Positions 60,705 through 64,000 of a stretch of DNA of 64,000 bases are shown piece by piece. The stretch is from Chrysomallon squamiferum. Its lineage: Eukaryota; Animalia; Mollusca. The notes under the pieces were generated by a model. It searched no databases. It was given only the letters and a program-made list of their open reading frames with translations, and had not been told where the DNA came from. The stretch spans positions 4,898,001 to 4,962,000 of the forward strand of contig CM022670.1 of assembly GCA_012295275.1 (NCBI GenBank), written 5' to 3'. Numbering within the stretch: the stretch's first letter is position 1; every line of letters begins with the position of its first letter. The position numbers and the translations under genes are program-made.

Positions 60705-62937
60705 TTAGAACAGGCGGTAATTGTCGCCAATAAGTTTCCAACTTTCAGGCACGACCAGGTTCGCGACTAATTTTATCAACGTAATAATAGGACTGTATCC
60801 GTCTTGTTGCCACGGTTTCAGTAGCCATGGAAACCATCTGACAGGCGTCATGAATAAATGTCCTAACTCGTGTGCGGCCGTTGTGTAACACGAAACAAGA
60901 ATTCCATCAACAACAAGAGTCCCAGAGTCTGTGAGAGGAACGTAAACACCTGTAGAATATCAGACATAATAATTTAAATACACACCTATAGAATATCGGA
61001 CATAATAATTTAAATACACACCTGTAGAATATCAGACATAATAATTTAAATACACACCTGTAGAATATCGGACATAATAATTTAAATACACACCTGTAGA
61101 ATATCAGACATAATAATTTATATAAAAAAAAAAAACCTGTAGAATATCAGACATAATAATTTAAATACACACCTGTAGAATATCAGACATAATAATTTAA
61201 ATGCACACCTGTAGAGTATTATATATGCAGAATAGAGAAATAATAACCACTTGTTCCTATTCTTTTAAGTTCAGTATTTAATGTTTTTAAAGAAATCTGA
61301 GGGAAGTGAGTGCTAGCAAAACAAAGGCTAAAATGACTGTTGGGAGCTTTCGTTTGCACTGGGAATTGCGACAACATTTTCAAAAAGTAATAGATGGTAC
61401 ACTGTCACTTGAATATCAGATATAATAATTTACATAAACACCTGTAGAATAGATATAATAATCTCAATAAAGTGTTGTAGAAAATAATATATAACAATGT
61501 AACTTGAAGAATATTAGGTATAATAATTTACACAACCAGTTGTAGAATATATATATATATATGTAATTATTTACATAAACACTAGTAGCATATTAGATTA
61601 AATAACTTATGAAAACTGCTTTATAATGTTAGACATAATAATTTACATAAACGAAGTATATGTTCTATATATGCATGCATACAAACTATTAATACATACA
61701 TTAACACCTATATACGTACGTGCGTACATACATACTTACATATAAAATAGAAAAATACACATACATTCATACATTGTTATTACGTGTGCAAACACCATCA
61801 TCGTAGGTAATTAACACCATGACCAAGAAACTTCACCTTGTTTGACAGAAGAAGACACTTGGACGACTCGTTCCAGACGATGTCTGTTTGTCTGTGCGGA
61901 CAAAACGTAATCTCCTGGTTCCACAAACCTGGCAAAGCTGAAAACAACAAACAAAATTGGTCATACAAGTCCAGCTCATGTACGTCTGTGCACACGTGAG
62001 TGAGTGTGTGTGTGTGTGTGTGCGTGTGTATACGTGCGTACGTTCGTGTGTAAATTGTTCGGCACAAATATCCACATACCCATTATTCCATCTATCCATT
62101 CATTCATCCGTCCGTCGTTAATCATTAATGGATATTTCAGATATGACTCAAAATTAAAACTAAGCTGATCAAGTTCTACCTAGATCCTAAGTTGTTGGAG
62201 TCGTTGTTTCTGGACACAAAGACGACGTGGTCACTAGACATGGACACGCTGCGTCCTTGCTCTGTCGTCAACGTCAGGTAGGTTGAATTTTTACTCGGTT
62301 TTCGTTTGAGGAAAGTTTTCACTTCTGTAAACACCCGTTTGCCGTCTTCAACTGAAAATATCAAAGTTTTATGTGAGTGTTCTGAATAACGTCGAGCGAA
62401 AATGACTCGGACTAAAATACTGAACATCCTCCTTGTTGTCTCTTTTTCGTTATATAACTTCGTAAGCACTATTCAGTAACAGAATAAAACAGAGATTTCT
62501 GTTTTCTGTTAGTACAGAAGTTTGTTCACACGTCTGACTGGAATGTACATTAACATCTTTTTAAACCTGGGAACTCATTCTGACATGCAACAAATACACA
62601 TTTCATCAAATGTCAAATTGTTTTTCTATTTTTAACAGTTATATATATATATATATTTCATTCCGATTAAACAATCACCCTTTGTTCTGTATTTATCAAT
62701 ACCTTGACCATTCCAGACTTGGAGCTTTCGAAGGCTAATTTCTATTAAATCAGTAGTCTGGGACCGTAAACGACTTCGTGTAAATACGTTTTCAACGTAT
62801 CGATGTTTGATTATTCGAAGGTCGTTACTGCTAATTATTACTAACTTATCTAGGAGCTTAGACGGCTCGAGGTTTTCGAGAAAACAGCACTAGAGCTATG
62901 CAAGTTTGACTATATATGTGTATGTATGTGTATATAT

Positions 62938-62972
<35 letters not shown>

Positions 62973-63406
62973 CATACACACATATAAATACATATATATA
63001 TATACAGTCTGGGACTATATATATATATATACATATACTCACACACACACATACACACTGTATGAAAACACACACACCGACCCACACATGTGTATGTTTC
63101 CTATGTTAAAATACTGTTTACCTGTTAGAACTTTTTTACCAGTCGTGAGATCTTTCAGTCTAAATAGTTCGCCAGTGTCCAGCAAAACTACAGAATGACC
63201 AGGAAAACACCCCTCCTCCCTCAGACACGGCAGACAACATCTGACTTCATCACAGCCGCATTTGCAAGCAACTTCTTTATTTCCACACACACACCTAAAC
63301 TGGGACCATCTTTGAACGCGTTGTACTGGCTGGGAGAAAGAGATGTCTTAATTTACTGTTGAATGTTATACCTCCATCACAAAACCACAACCACAACCAC
63401 AACCAC

Positions 63407-63502
<96 letters not shown>

Positions 63503-63875
63503 AATTATAGTAACAACAACAACAACATAACAGTAATAATACAGAATTGGTGAAATAACTGAAATTACAGAACGTATCATCTTAATCATTGTCGTTATAT
63601 TGTTAATATCATGACAGTTATTATTGTTGTTATTGTTGTTGTTGTTGTTGTTGTTGTTATTATTGTAACAATAAAGATGATGTGCTATTTTTTAAGCGAA
63701 CTTATTTTAATGCTACTTCTTTCTCCTTTTTGCTTGTTTCTATTTTTTTTTCAATCCATCCATCTGTTCATTCATTCATTCATTCATTCATTTATTCATT
63801 CCACCTTTCATTATTCTGTTATTACCTTTTCTGCAGTAAGTTCTGATTTGATGGGATCGTCAGTAATTATATATG
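60705..63875 (-). CDS. Hedgehog-related Hint/Hog-domain protein with a short Cys-rich N-terminal peptide (5' end outside the window)
   Basis: Exons 63875-63826, 63329-63122, 62351-62180, 61937-61837, 60949-60705, all GT-AG and in phase. G|CFPG…LKDLTTGKKVL; block B SMSSDH; FARFVEPGDYV; GVYVPLTDSGTLVVDGILVSCY; SRR-like HELGHLFMTPVRW. No Hedge signalling domain precedes the Hint domain. Confidence 0.88.
60947..61215. repeat. Minisatellite, ~8 x 36 bp, containing the last-exon acceptor of the Hint gene; degenerate copies continue to about 61650
   Basis: Unit cacctgtagaatatcagacataataatttaaataca at 60947, 60983, 61019, 61055, 61091 and onward. Confidence 0.93.
63385..63502. repeat. Compound (CAACCA)n/(AAT)n/(AGT)n microsatellite
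   Basis: Directly visible. Confidence 0.9.
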
Positions 63876-64000
63876 CTGGAACTAACACATCAAAACATAA
63901 TAATAAATAAATAAATAAAATAAAAATTTACATACACATGTATGTATGTATGTATGTATATGTATATGTATATGGGCGTATGTGCGTGTGTGTTCTGTAT

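Noticed and set aside
60705-63875. Calling this gene canonical hedgehog or an intein
   Set aside because: No Hedge domain before G|CF, and no intein C-terminal HN-C/S/T; it ends in SCY plus an SRR-like tail.

Overview
AT-rich, intron-rich animal genomic DNA, probably a lophotrochozoan or mollusc (inferred from the gene types and a SINE-like repeat). Reading splice sites by eye gives these genes in order: the 3' end of an unidentified Ser-rich gene (+); SLC25A15 ornithine carrier (-); TIMM10B (-) head-to-head with arfaptin (+); UQCC2 and Tim8 (-), which appear to share one transcription unit; telomere protein RAP1/TERF2IP (+), with a GC-AG intron and a ~430-aa low-complexity insert; circadian CLOCK (-, 15 coding exons plus a candidate alternative first exon); and the 3' part of a non-Hedgehog Hint/Hog-domain gene (-). 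Several TIR DNA elements, SINE-like fragments, minisatellites and microsatellites are also present. The most interesting observations are four. (1) A Hog-domain precursor could release a 33-aa, 8-Cys peptide between an RxxR site and the G|CF autoprocessing site, and it lacks the cholesterolysis Asp and the GxHWY motif. (2) Tim8 and UQCC2 appear to come from one promoter via competing 5' splice sites, with the Tim8 stop codon split across the intron 14 nt before the UQCC2 ATG. (3) The TIMM10B/ARFIP head-to-head arrangement matches the human one. (4) Tandem repeats have amplified 3' splice sites in CLOCK and the Hint gene. All gene models are manual and were not checked against transcripts.
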